A DNA stretch of 64,000 nucleotides from Candidatus Latescibacterota bacterium (GCA_965248435.1 OZ252100.1:5376001-5440000); one strand, 5' to 3'. Positions 1-9,121 are shown, counted from the stretch's first letter. Notes: generated by a model not told the origin, from the sequence alone. Numbers and translations are program-made.

Positions 1-1
1 A

Positions 2-1729
2 CGCCGCCAGGGATTCGGATACAATTCGATGAGACACTTCAGAAAGATTCTGGCGATGGATCCAGAGAGGCCGGAGGCGGCTTGCGAGGTGGGAGAGTAC
101 TTTCTTCAGGATATGCTCAAGTATATCGATCACCGAAGATTCGACGGCGGTGGGAGTCTCCGCTCTTTCGGAATGGAAAGCCTGGACCAGGCTATCTCCT
201 ACTTCAAGTATGCGCTCAGGCGGGATTCTTACTGCAGGCGCGCCTATTATCGGCTCGGGTTCCTCAACCTTGAAGCGGGACATCTTGATGGGTTGGTTGA
301 GGTCTCGAATGAGCTGACAAAACGGTTTCCGAACGATCCGAACGGGTTCTTTTTCCTGGGTCTGGGCTACCAGGTTATGGGAGACTTGGAGCGTGCAGCC
401 GGGTCCTACAGCAAGGCTGTGGAGCGAATGAGCCAATCGCAACGTGAAATGATCGAGTCTCCTGAGTTGATCGGATTGGTCTCCACTCGTGGAGAAACAG
501 CCGCCCTCGCGTCTCTCAAGGGCAAGTTTGAAGAACAGGATTTGGTCCGTTTTTGGACCCGTCGAGATCCGCTCTATTTGACCCCGTATAACGAGAGGCG
601 AATGGAGCATTTTGGCCGCGTCGCCTACGTCAATCTGAGATTCTCCAGGCCAGATAGAGGAGTGGAAGGCTGGGAGACGGATATGGGCAAGACGTTCATC
701 CGCTTCGGCCGATACGTGACACGGGAACGCAGGATCGAACCCTTTCGAGAGACCTGGCGTTACGAGGACTTTCAGGTCTCTTTCATCTCCTACGATTCCT
801 TCCACTGGAGGATGGAACTGCTGAGGGATGAAAACTGGAGAGTCGGGGGATATGGCCGGTCTGATTTTTATGGGCGTGGGTTTAAGCTCAACGAGCGCTA
901 TTTAGATCCCTACCGAACTCAGAAATATCCCTTGGCGTGCCAGGTGGCAATCTTCAAAGCCCCCGAGGACCGCCTTCAGGTACGGTTGTCGTGGGCGCTT
1001 CCAAAGAATCGGCTGGAGTACTTGAAGCTTTATGATGCCTACCACGTGGACTTGCAGCAAGGCGTCTTTCTGTTCGATGATGATGGAGACCTCGCGGTCG
1101 AGGAATCACGACGCACTAGCGTGCTGACCGATTCCTGGCAGGATACACTCAGGTCGAACTATATTCTCGAGCAGGCGGAGATATTCGTGGATCCAGGATC
1201 CTACCGTCTGGTTCTCGAGTCCAGGGATAGCGGCAGTGAAACGATCGGGACGTTTAGTGATTCCGTAGATCTGAGGCCTTTCGGGTCAACGAATCTGGGA
1301 ATGAGCAGCGTTCTCCTGGCAACGGACATTGTTCGCGGAGAGAATGATTCGCTTGTCGTTACACCCAATCCGATCCTAGTTTATAAGCGATCAGAGATCA
1401 TGTATGTCTACTTCGAAGCCTACAACCTGGCGAAGGACAGTTATGGACGGACGCGGTATCAGGTCGAGTACAGAATCGGGCGCCCGGAACCGGACCGGTT
1501 GCCGATAAAGCTGGGAAAGCAGGCCCTGAAATGGCTTGGCCTGCAAGAGGAGAGTTGGAGCGTCTCGGTTGCAGCAGAGTATGCCGGAGAGAAGTCTGAC
1601 GAACCTGTCTATTTGGGTGTAGACCTGGAGGAGCTAAAACCCGGGCTTCAACTCTTGACCCTGGTGTTGAGAGATCAGGTGACGAGTCGGATGGCCTGGC
1701 GAGAAACCCTTTTCCGAATCGCGGAATGA
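2..1729 (+). CDS. GWxTD domain-containing protein with N-terminal TPR repeats (5'-truncated)
   Basis: Contains FWTRRDP...NERRMEHFGRVAYVN...GWETDMGKTFIRFG, the GWxTD signature, and TPR-like helices at the N-terminus. The frame is open from base 2, so the start probably lies upstream of the window. Confidence 0.85.
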   Translation, partial: RRQGFGYNSMRHFRKILAMDPERPEAACEVGEYFLQDMLKYIDHRRFDGGGSLRSFGMESLDQAISYFKYALRRDSYCRRAYYRLGFLNLEAGHLDGLVEVSNELTKRFPNDPNGFFFLGLGYQVMGDLERAAGSYSKAVERMSQSQREMIESPELIGLVSTRGETAALASLKGKFEEQDLVRFWTRRDPLYLTPYNERRMEHFGRVAYVNLRFSRPDRGVEGWETDMGKTFIRFGRYVTRERRIEPFRETWRYEDFQVSFISYDSFHWRMELLRDENWRVGGYGRSDFYGRGFKLNERYLDPYRTQKYPLACQVAIFKAPEDRLQVRLSWALPKNRLEYLKLYDAYHVDLQQGVFLFDDDGDLAVEESRRTSVLTDSWQDTLRSNYILEQAEIFVDPGSYRLVLESRDSGSETIGTFSDSVDLRPFGSTNLGMSSVLLATDIVRGENDSLVVTPNPILVYKRSEIMYVYFEAYNLAKDSYGRTRYQVEYRIGRPEPDRLPIKLGKQALKWLGLQEESWSVSVAAEYAGEKSDEPVYLGVDLEELKPGLQLLTLVLRDQVTSRMAWRETLFRIAE

Positions 1730-1819
1730 ACCAGAACATCTCCCCGCGTACGAGGCGTCTCGATGGCGTCTTCTGGCCTCGGGGTGGGCGATCAGAACCT
1801 TAAAAAAGCCGGAAAGATG

Positions 1820-1848
1820 TTGACAATAGACGAATGAGATATTATAAT
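1820..1848 (+). promoter_or_regulatory. sigma70-type promoter of csp gene
   Basis: TTGACA (1820-1825), 17 bp spacer, TATAAT (1843-1848): perfect consensus. Confidence 0.85.
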
Positions 1849-1991
1849 CGGGCGTTGTGATAGGATGTGGTTTCTGTTTCCTGTGCATACTGAAGTCTAG
1901 AGAAGACCACGGGGCAAGGATCAGAAGGTACGATCTTGCCCCTTTTCTTAACGATCGATTCAGTACTAGAGTTGAAAGGTGGTGAATACAG

Positions 1992-2204
1992 TTGGCAGCA
2001 GGCAGGATAAAGTGGTTTAATGACGCTAAAGGCTACGGCTTTATAGAGCAGGAAGGAGGCGAGGACGTGTTCGTCCACTTTTCTGTGATCCAGGGTGAAG
2101 GCTTCAAGTCGTTGGCCGAAGGCGAGGAAGTTGAGTTTGACATCACGCAAGGGCCCAAAGGGCTCCAGGCGGCCAATGTCATCAAGGTATCGGGAGGCCA
2201 ATGA
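1992..2204 (+). CDS. cspA: cold-shock protein (CspA family)
   Basis: RNP1/RNP2 motifs [15 protein letters not shown] and DVFVHFS; TTG start after GAAAGGTGG. Confidence 0.95.
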   Translation: MAAGRIKWFNDAKGYGFIEQEGGEDVFVHFSVIQGEGFKSLAEGEEVEFDITQGPKGLQAANVIKVSGGQ

Positions 2205-2232
2205 TCGAAGGTCTTCGTAAGCATTCAATTAC

Positions 2233-2266
2233 ATGCCGACCTCAAAAAGGGGTCGGCATTTTTTTT
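2233..2266 (+). terminator. intrinsic terminator after csp
   Basis: ATGCCGACC/GGTCGGCAT stem followed by a T run. Confidence 0.85.
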
Positions 2267-3296
2267 ACGAGTTTGTGTCAGCTTCGGCTTCGGCGGGAGG
2301 GCGATTCGGGGCGATGAGGAGGGCCAGGAGACCCGGGCCCCCAATCAGGATGAAGGTGAAATAGGCGATTCCGTGGACGACGGTTGCAAATGCCAGTGCT
2401 TCAGGAAGTGAGACGCCGTAGAGATGGTGTAGCGTCTGGCTGCAGAAATAGTGATAGGTGCCCGCGCCGCCTGGCGTGGGGAGGATGATGCCGATCGTCG
2501 CCATAACGGTTACAACCAGAGCTGCGGAAAAGCCCAATCCGTATCTGCTGTCAAAATCGAAACTTAAGAACGGAAGATAGACAATCAGGACATAACCTGC
2601 GTATAAGATGACGGTCGTAACGGTGATTTCAACGTAACCCGTCCTGGTCTTGACGGCGCCCATCCCCCGGAAAAAGGCCCTCAAGGTCCCGACCACTCTG
2701 GTGGCCAGGGATCGGGAGATCACCCCCAACCCTCGGTCAAGTCTGGCGAGGGCGCGGTCTCCGTGGACCGACAGGACGGCAAAGATGACTAGTAGGAGCA
2801 ATGATGCAAAAAACACTAACAGACCAGCGTCCTCGATCCAGGGGAAGAGGACGGATATCTCTTCCTGAAACGCGACAAGAACTCCGGCCAGCAAGATCAT
2901 CAAGGCGAGCATGTCGACGATGCGTTCCACGACAACCGTCGCCAGCAAGGCGCTCACCGACAGGTCTTTCCCCCGCTTCAAGGCCAGAACCCGAAGGAAT
3001 TCGCCCGCCCTCGGAAGAAGATTGTTGCCCGCGTAGCCGATCATGATGGCCATCCATCCGCGCCAGATTGAGATCTCCTTTGAAACCGGTACGATAAGGA
3101 CCTGCCAGCGTCTGGCGCGGACCAGGTTGAGAAGAACGAGGATGACTGTGGAAACGATCAGCCAAAACGGCTTCACCTGCTCGACGGAGCTCTGGAGCTC
3201 GCTGAGGCTGACCTGGCGGAACGATGCCCACAGGAACACGCCGGCCAGGGCCAGGCCGATGAACAGTTTCAGAAGGATCTTCGCGTAGTGCGCCAA
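2265..3296 (-). CDS. lysylphosphatidylglycerol synthase TM / flippase-like membrane protein (UPF0104)
   Basis: Motifs RARRW, NNLLPRAGEFLR, VVERIVD, PTPGGAG; multi-pass hydrophobic protein. Confidence 0.85.
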   Translation of the reverse strand: MAHYAKILLKLFIGLALAGVFLWASFRQVSLSELQSSVEQVKPFWLIVSTVILVLLNLVRARRWQVLIVPVSKEISIWRGWMAIMIGYAGNNLLPRAGEFLRVLALKRGKDLSVSALLATVVVERIVDMLALMILLAGVLVAFQEEISVLFPWIEDAGLLVFFASLLLLVIFAVLSVHGDRALARLDRGLGVISRSLATRVVGTLRAFFRGMGAVKTRTGYVEITVTTVILYAGYVLIVYLPFLSFDFDSRYGLGFSAALVVTVMATIGIILPTPGGAGTYHYFCSQTLHHLYGVSLPEALAFATVVHGIAYFTFILIGGPGLLALLIAPNRPPAEAEADTNS

Positions 3297-3338
3297 TGCC
3301 GCGTTCTCAAGAGTTAGAGTGATGACAAGATGGGGTCA

Positions 3339-4250
3339 TCAGGAAAGATAGCCAAAGCCACGAAGCGCATAGTCCTTCTTTCGCCAGTTCTCGAGCACTT
3401 TGACGTGAAGATCGAGATAGACGGGACGGTTCAAAAACGCTTCAATCTTTTTCCTCGCGTTCTGGCCGATCGACTTCAGCGTCTTACCACGTGATCCGAT
3501 GACGATTCCCTTTTGCGAGGAGCGCTCTACGATGATCTCCGATTGAATGTAGACCTTTTCTCTATCTTCCTTGAACTGTTCAACCGTAACGGCAATCGCA
3601 TAGGGAACCTCCTGACGGAGCTGACAGAAAATTTCTTCCCGAACGAGCTCGGCTACGAAAAATCGCTCGGGCTGTTCTGTCATCATATCCTCAGGATAGA
3701 ACTTCGGACCCACGGGTAGATTTGCCTCGATGAGAGACCGAAGCTCCAGCAGGTTGCTTCCCAAAAGGCCCGATATTGGTAGGATTTTGTGGTCAGGGAG
3801 TTCTGCCCGGATGCCATTCAGGTGCTGTTCGACCTGATCAGCGTTTACGAGGTCGGTCTTGTTGAGGGCAACAATAGTGGGGCCCTTGGCATTCTTGAAG
3901 ACCTTCTTAACCTCATCATCAAAACTGGATTCGAACTCCTTGGCGTCCAGGATTCCAAGGAGAACATCTGCATCGTCTAAAGCCTCTTCAATATGCCTTC
4001 GCATGATCTCTTGAAGTCTATAGCGGGGGTCCAAAAGCCCTGGCGTGTCCAGAAATAACATCTGTGACTTGTCCGTGGTGACGATACCGAGGACATTCTG
4101 ACGCGTCGTTTGGGGCTTTTCCGTGACGATTGAAATTCGTTCTCCCACAAGCGCATTGAAAAGGGTGGACTTGCCAACGTTGGGTCTGCCCAGTAGGACG
4201 ATATGGCCTGACCGAAATTTCTGCGATTCTTGTGAATTCGGAGTTTGCAT
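3339..4250 (-). CDS. era: GTPase Era
   Basis: GRPNVGKST, PQTTR, DTPG, NKTD and a KH domain (EVPY, SQKGIVIG). Start moved to the ATG at 4250. Confidence 0.95.
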   Translation of the reverse strand: MQTPNSQESQKFRSGHIVLLGRPNVGKSTLFNALVGERISIVTEKPQTTRQNVLGIVTTDKSQMLFLDTPGLLDPRYRLQEIMRRHIEEALDDADVLLGILDAKEFESSFDDEVKKVFKNAKGPTIVALNKTDLVNADQVEQHLNGIRAELPDHKILPISGLLGSNLLELRSLIEANLPVGPKFYPEDMMTEQPERFFVAELVREEIFCQLRQEVPYAIAVTVEQFKEDREKVYIQSEIIVERSSQKGIVIGSRGKTLKSIGQNARKKIEAFLNRPVYLDLHVKVLENWRKKDYALRGFGYLS

Positions 4251-4257
4251 TACCACG

Positions 4258-5256
4258 CTAAAAGAAGAAAGAGGCTGAAATCTGGTAGGTGTTGTCGAGT
4301 TGGCTGTTTTCCACGAAGGCCAGGTCAAATGCGAGGCGGCCGTACAGGTAGATTCCCGTTCCCGCGGTGAAGTGATTTCCCTTTGCCCCTATTCGGAATG
4401 CAAGTCTCTCCCTGTAGAAATATTCTGCCCCCAACTGTACGCTTTCGAGGTCTTCCAGTCCGGATTCCTCCTCGAAGATGTGGACACTCCCGGCAAAGAT
4501 AAGCCGACCGCGCAAGGCCCTGGATCCCCTGGTGTAGGCTCCGCCGATGATGATGCTCGGCTGAATTCGATCCGTCGTCGCAGAATCGAATGTTATCCGT
4601 GTACGCGTGAGGTTCCTGACGCTGGCGCCCAGGGTCAAGGCCGGAACCGGAACATAGAGAACGCCGACGTCTAGTCCGTAACCGGAGCCGTTTCCAGCCG
4701 CCAGGTTGCGCCAGATCAGCTTTAGGGCGGCGCCTAGATAGAGGTTGGGCCGAGCCGCTCTTCCGTAGGCGAGGTGGAGGTTGTAGTCGGATGTTGCCAC
4801 TTCTCGAGACACGATAGGTCGGTTTTCCGGGCCCAGTGGCTGAGAAGGGTCTTCAAGGGTCGTCAACCTTACACCGTCTACTCCGAGGCGCAGAAGGCCG
4901 ATCCCAAATCCTCCAATCCTCGACGGGCGTGCGAGCGTGATGACGTCGTGGTTGACGGTTCCTCCGAACCGCTCGGCGTGCTGAACTTGCGCCTCGCTTC
5001 TGCTCAGTCCGGCAAGTCCAGCCGGGTTCCAGTATACAGCAGTCGCATCGTCACTGACTGGCACGAAGGCGTTTCCCATGCCCAGCGCACGTGCTCCAGC
5101 GCCCAACAGCAGGGGATCACCCGCAAAGCGCGGCTCCGATTGAGCGGATCCTGGTGAATGACTCAGATGCGCAAGGACGAACGGACCCACAATGACAATC
5201 AGGATCTTGAGTCTGGGTTGAGTTATTGGGAGAGATTTGAGGCGCGCGATGCTCAC
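4258..5256 (-). CDS. PorV/PorQ-like outer-membrane beta-barrel protein
   Basis: GARALGMGNAFVPVSDDATAVYWNPAGLA motif, amphipathic strands and a C-terminal Phe. The GTG start at 5256 overlaps the upstream stop. Confidence 0.75.
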   Translation of the reverse strand: MSIARLKSLPITQPRLKILIVIVGPFVLAHLSHSPGSAQSEPRFAGDPLLLGAGARALGMGNAFVPVSDDATAVYWNPAGLAGLSRSEAQVQHAERFGGTVNHDVITLARPSRIGGFGIGLLRLGVDGVRLTTLEDPSQPLGPENRPIVSREVATSDYNLHLAYGRAARPNLYLGAALKLIWRNLAAGNGSGYGLDVGVLYVPVPALTLGASVRNLTRTRITFDSATTDRIQPSIIIGGAYTRGSRALRGRLIFAGSVHIFEEESGLEDLESVQLGAEYFYRERLAFRIGAKGNHFTAGTGIYLYGRLAFDLAFVENSQLDNTYQISASFFF

Positions 5257-5828
5257 CGAGGGGATCCCGCGGGAGGGATGAGGATCGCCACGTCTCCTGG
5301 TCGCATCGCAGAACCCAGGGCCTTCAGGTCCCATCCTTCGAGTTCTACGATGTTGAAGTGAGAGGGCGCAGGGAGACCGTCGGGTTGGAGGAGCGTCGCA
5401 GGGGCAAAGTAGAGCATCGACATTTCTCGGGGCCCTTCGATCAGTCGTCCGACGAAGTCAAGCGGCAACGATCTACCGCGTAGCCGGAGGCCCTTATTTC
5501 CAAATTCGGGGGTAACCGGATCGATTCTGGTCCTCAGCCGGCAGAGTTGTGTCTGCAAAGAAGGCTGAACGTGGAAGTCGCGTATTTGGGAGGTTCTTAA
5601 AAGGCGCCCTCCGGATTTTAGGTGGACCACCCCTGAGGCAAGGTCGATGACCAGGTAGAAGGTGTCTGAATCTGTATCGATCTGGCGAAGTTCCAGGTCC
5701 AGAGCGGATTTCTTATGCTTGAGCTCGTGGCCCTCGAACGATTCAGCCGATCTCGCGGGCCCGTTGAGGGCCAGCAGACTCAGGATGACAAATAGCGCGG
5801 GGATCTGTTTTCCAGTTAGTAGATGTAT
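5253..5828 (-). CDS. secreted L,D-transpeptidase-like protein lacking the catalytic motif (start uncertain)
   Basis: The frame is open from 5852 to 5253. It encodes a signal-like stretch (LTGKQIPALFVILSLLALNGPARS) and FYLVIDLASGVVHLKSGGRLLR, resembling the YkuD N-terminal strands. There is no ATG/GTG/TTG upstream of 5630, so ATA 5828 is only a tentative start. Confidence 0.55.
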   Translation of the reverse strand: MHLLTGKQIPALFVILSLLALNGPARSAESFEGHELKHKKSALDLELRQIDTDSDTFYLVIDLASGVVHLKSGGRLLRTSQIRDFHVQPSLQTQLCRLRTRIDPVTPEFGNKGLRLRGRSLPLDFVGRLIEGPREMSMLYFAPATLLQPDGLPAPSHFNIVELEGWDLKALGSAMRPGDVAILIPPAGSPR

Positions 5829-6430
5829 ATCGGACTTCCCGTTTTCACCGTGTTAAAGGTCTTCTCAAGGTCTTCGTCGTTCAAGCGGATGCAGCCGTGT
5901 GTAATATGGCGCCCGAGCAGGTGCGGATAGAGGGTCCCGTGGATTTCATAACCATCTCCAAGCTCAAGTGCAAATTCCCCGAGCGCTACCGCATCCAACC
6001 GCTTAAAGTCCCAGGGCAATACAGGAACTGCCTGACCCCGTTCTACGAAGGCCCATTCAGGCTTTGCCCACACAGGATCTCGCACCTTTCGTAACACGCG
6101 AAACTTCCCCTTGGGGGTCGCAAAGCGCCAGTCTCCCTTCTTATGACTCAGCAGCACCTTCCCGCTTCCAGTTGCACAGATGGCTTTTCTGAGGATCCGA
6201 TTTCGCCGCCGTAATTGAAGCGAATTATGAATGGTATCGATTACGATATAAGGTTCATCGTCTGTGTGTTGGTCGAGCGCATCCTCAAGTGCGCGGATCT
6301 CTCGTTCCAATTGGGTTACGTCTGGTGTTTCGATGTGCTCAGCTTTGGAAGGGTCGCGGGCAGAGATTGTATTGGGGATGCATACAATTGCGATTGCAAA
6401 CAGGAGGGATAGGAGAAGGGATCGGGCCAT
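5816..6430 (-). CDS. L,D-transpeptidase (YkuD family), exported
   Basis: Signal peptide; TPKGKFRV, YEIHGT and THGCIRL (catalytic His/Cys). Confidence 0.9.
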   Translation of the reverse strand: MARSLLLSLLFAIAIVCIPNTISARDPSKAEHIETPDVTQLEREIRALEDALDQHTDDEPYIVIDTIHNSLQLRRRNRILRKAICATGSGKVLLSHKKGDWRFATPKGKFRVLRKVRDPVWAKPEWAFVERGQAVPVLPWDFKRLDAVALGEFALELGDGYEIHGTLYPHLLGRHITHGCIRLNDEDLEKTFNTVKTGSPIYIY

Positions 6431-6452
6431 CGCGAGTCTCGGCCTAAAATCG

Positions 6453-6486
6453 GAAAACCGAGAAGTTCGGCAACTTCTCGGTTTTC
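6453..6486 (-). terminator. strong hairpin/terminator after the DUF4398 gene
   Basis: Perfect 15-bp inverted repeat GAAAACCGAGAAGTT/AACTTCTCGGTTTTC with a 4-nt loop. Confidence 0.7.
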
Positions 6487-6522
6487 GGAGGAATTCAGCT
6501 ATGCGTCAGGATGAGAGCCTGT

Positions 6523-7125
6523 TCAAAGCTCGTACCAGGGACGATTTTTCTCTTTCCATGTTTCGATTTTCTGCATGGCCGTCTGCATCGCGCCTTGAAC
6601 CTGACCCAACCTTGACTCGGCGTTTCGTGCCTGGTCCACAGCGTCTTTGAACCTGCCTGAATTCAGATTTCCCCTGGCATCGCTCAAGCCTGTTTCGACC
6701 TGGCCTAAATCGGAACGAAGCTGATCTATATCATCATCGGCTCCTTTTCCGCGCGGCGCACCGTTGATGGCCGTTCTGGCATCCGTTAGCCCTGTAGAAG
6801 TACGGTTAACGATCGCTTGAGCTTCGTCTCTAGACCTTTGTTTGTTCGCTTCTCCCTCGGACCTTGCTTGATCGGCGAGATCCTTTGCCCTTATGGCAGA
6901 TGCCTTTGCAGTTTCATAATCCTTCTCCCCTACCTTTGCATTGGCCTCATCCAGGGCAGTCCTTGCGGATCGGTAGGTATCGGAAGCATAGATGTCAGCT
7001 TCCGCATTCTTCGCCTCATTCAGAGACGCTTGAGCCGCGTCCAGTTCTTGCTGAGGCGGCTGCGCACAACTCATCAAAGTGATAGCCAAACTGAGAACTA
7101 GACCCACACTAAGGACAGATCTCAT
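6523..7125 (-). CDS. DUF4398-like coiled-coil lipoprotein
   Basis: Lipobox LMSC followed by Ala-rich helical repeats (PPQQELDAAQASL..AEADIYA); ATG 7125 with a strong GGAGG RBS. Confidence 0.75.
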   Translation of the reverse strand: MRSVLSVGLVLSLAITLMSCAQPPQQELDAAQASLNEAKNAEADIYASDTYRSARTALDEANAKVGEKDYETAKASAIRAKDLADQARSEGEANKQRSRDEAQAIVNRTSTGLTDARTAINGAPRGKGADDDIDQLRSDLGQVETGLSDARGNLNSGRFKDAVDQARNAESRLGQVQGAMQTAMQKIETWKEKNRPWYEL

Positions 7126-7211
7126 CCTCCCCTCCTTTAGTGGGAAACATGAAGGCGGTAGCACGATCAGGGATAGACCCGAAAAAGCGCGTATCTACAA
7201 GCATTGGCAAG

Positions 7212-7240
7212 AAGATAAAACTAATACGGGGGATTGTCAA
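7212..7240 (-). promoter_or_regulatory. sigma70-type promoter
   Basis: Minus strand TTGACA-17-TATCTT upstream of the lipoprotein gene. Confidence 0.65.
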
Positions 7241-7261
7241 TACAAAAAATGGAGGCAATTG

Positions 7262-7909
7262 TCACTGGACAATATCGCCGTCATCCAGGGTAATAAAGGC
7301 GGTCTTTTCTCCGTAGTCTTTTATCCTCCCCCGGTAGCGAATTTCATCTCCGACCCGCAGATCTTGAAGGACATCCTGCTTTCTCTTATTGAACCGGACG
7401 AGGACATCAGATGTCTGGGTAGATGCCAGGTGGCGAATGCTGACGTAGGGTTCGACCCCTCCGCCACGATTGATGTAAACGACCGTTCCCTGCCAGATCA
7501 CCCACTTTCCATTGTAGTTGGCGAATTCGGTCGCCTTCTCCTCCCGAGAGAGTGTGCTCTCTGGCCCAAATATGGCATTAAACGCATCGAACGTGATTTC
7601 TGACCGCGTGGGTGACTGGGCAGTCCTCGCCCTGTGCAGTCTATTCCAATTGTAGCTGTAAAAGAGGATCGCGCCGATAATGACCAGATACAAGATCCCC
7701 TTCGCCTTTCGGGTCGTGTCCGCTCGTGTGGGCTGACCGCTGGCGATGCGCTGGAGTCTGTGAATCTCTGCGAGTTTCGCCTGTTCAGTTGGGGTGGGCT
7801 CCACCTGGCCTTGCATAACCCCCAACTGACGGTCCAAAAACTCACCGCAGAAACGGCACTTCACGGCGTCGTCCTGAATGAGTTCTGCGCAGAAAGGGCA
7901 CTTTTTCAT
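7262..7909 (-). CDS. zinc-ribbon + single TM + OB-fold-like membrane protein
   Basis: KKCPFCAE..KCRFCGE ribbon, TM GILYLVIIGAILFY, and C-terminal YNGKWVIWQGTV..LRVGDEIRYRGRI resembling an OB fold. Confidence 0.65.
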   Translation of the reverse strand: MKKCPFCAELIQDDAVKCRFCGEFLDRQLGVMQGQVEPTPTEQAKLAEIHRLQRIASGQPTRADTTRKAKGILYLVIIGAILFYSYNWNRLHRARTAQSPTRSEITFDAFNAIFGPESTLSREEKATEFANYNGKWVIWQGTVVYINRGGGVEPYVSIRHLASTQTSDVLVRFNKRKQDVLQDLRVGDEIRYRGRIKDYGEKTAFITLDDGDIVQ

Positions 7910-8237
7910 GCTGCTCCAATGAGGTGATGGGAGGTCGGCTCAAAACAAAATATAGGACACCTGCTTTCCCTTGTGCAACACGAATTGGTTTCAACCCCAA
8001 GAAGATCCGCCATCGATTTAACAGTTGACTCAAATAAAGGCGCCCCTCTCCCTTTGTTCGGTCGCCCGCCAGCACGGCTCCTACTCGGGAGAAGGGCGTG
8101 TGCCCCGGCTCACCCCGAACCGAGGCTCCTGAGTAAAATTGTAGGAAAGATCGGGGGCCTAAAATGTGTCAGCGATCACACTTTCGTCGGTTGGGATGCA
8201 CACCCTCCGGCAGTCGCCCTAGAAACCTCGGGCAAAC

Positions 8238-8278
8238 GAAAAGTGGGCGGCAGGTTTTGACCTGTCGCCCACTCTTTG
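8238..8278 (-). terminator. intrinsic terminator (possibly bidirectional)
   Basis: AGTGGGCGGCAGG/CCTGTCGCCCACT stem flanked by A and T runs, just past the stop of 8297-9121. Confidence 0.75.
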
Positions 8279-8296
8279 AATGGAATGTTTAGCTGT

Positions 8297-9121
8297 TTAG
8301 TCCTTTTCGAGGAGCTTGTTAAGCGGCCGTCGTGGATTCTTCAGATATATGACATCTTTGTGGGTCAGCATCTTGTCAAAAATTGCGATTTCGTCCAGCT
8401 TGCCCGCATAACGGTGGTGGTTAAACCTGACAGTGCGAGCGGAAATATTCCAAGAGATATTCTGCTGCAGGTTCGTCTTCCGATCTATTTCTGCCCCGTC
8501 CACGAAGAGGGCCCATTGCCCGTCGGCCTTGCCGCTGTTAAAATTGGACCAGGTAATGACGATGTGATGCCATTCATCCGAATTCCAGTTGATGTCCTCC
8601 AAGCGAATGACACGTTCCCGAAGGATCTGGTCAGTTATCTCCTGGGTCTTATCGGGGTAACAGCCGAAACGAAGGGCATACGGGGTTCTCTTTTTGTCGA
8701 AGTCCACGAAAATGACCGCGTCGTCCCATCTCTTTCCAACGTGAAAAGGTTCGGGGAAATCCGTCTCTAACCCGGCAGGATCGACTGCCAGCCAAAAAGA
8801 AACACCCCCGGACCAGGACTGGCTTTCGTCGTAGGGGAAGTTTCCCATTGCGGTGTAACTCAGTGCCCCAGCCTCACTTTGGAAGGCGACATAGCCATCC
8901 ACCCGTCCACCGGTTTGAAGATGTTGCGTATGCGCGCCATCGAGCTCGGCGAGCTCCGAGCCCGTCGCGGTAAGCGCATCAACGCCCTTTTCGAAGTTCG
9001 AGAAGAACAGGACGTGCGCGCCGAGGCCTTTTTCTATTTCTCTCTCTGGCCCACCGCACGCCCAAATCAGGGCCAATGAGGCTACGATAAGGCATCCTGT
9101 GTCTACTCTACGTCCCAGCAT
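8297..9121 (-). CDS. LamG/concanavalin-A-like jelly-roll lipoprotein
   Basis: Lipobox IWAC; WHHIVITW, LFVDG and GKLDEIAIFDKML motifs; ATG 9121 after GAGGAG. Confidence 0.75.
   Translation of the reverse strand: MLGRRVDTGCLIVASLALIWACGGPEREIEKGLGAHVLFFSNFEKGVDALTATGSELAELDGAHTQHLQTGGRVDGYVAFQSEAGALSYTAMGNFPYDESQSWSGGVSFWLAVDPAGLETDFPEPFHVGKRWDDAVIFVDFDKKRTPYALRFGCYPDKTQEITDQILRERVIRLEDINWNSDEWHHIVITWSNFNSGKADGQWALFVDGAEIDRKTNLQQNISWNISARTVRFNHHRYAGKLDEIAIFDKMLTHKDVIYLKNPRRPLNKLLEKD

Noticed and set aside
8027-8235. Assignment of this region as 6S RNA, SRP RNA, or a ZTP, guanidine, c-di-AMP or yybP riboswitch
   Set aside because: Only short partial word matches; the required conserved cores are missing, so it is left unclassified.
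7973-8260. 95-aa plus-strand ORF in the intergenic region
   Set aside because: No RBS or motif, and it overlaps a terminator and RNA-like stems; likely spurious.
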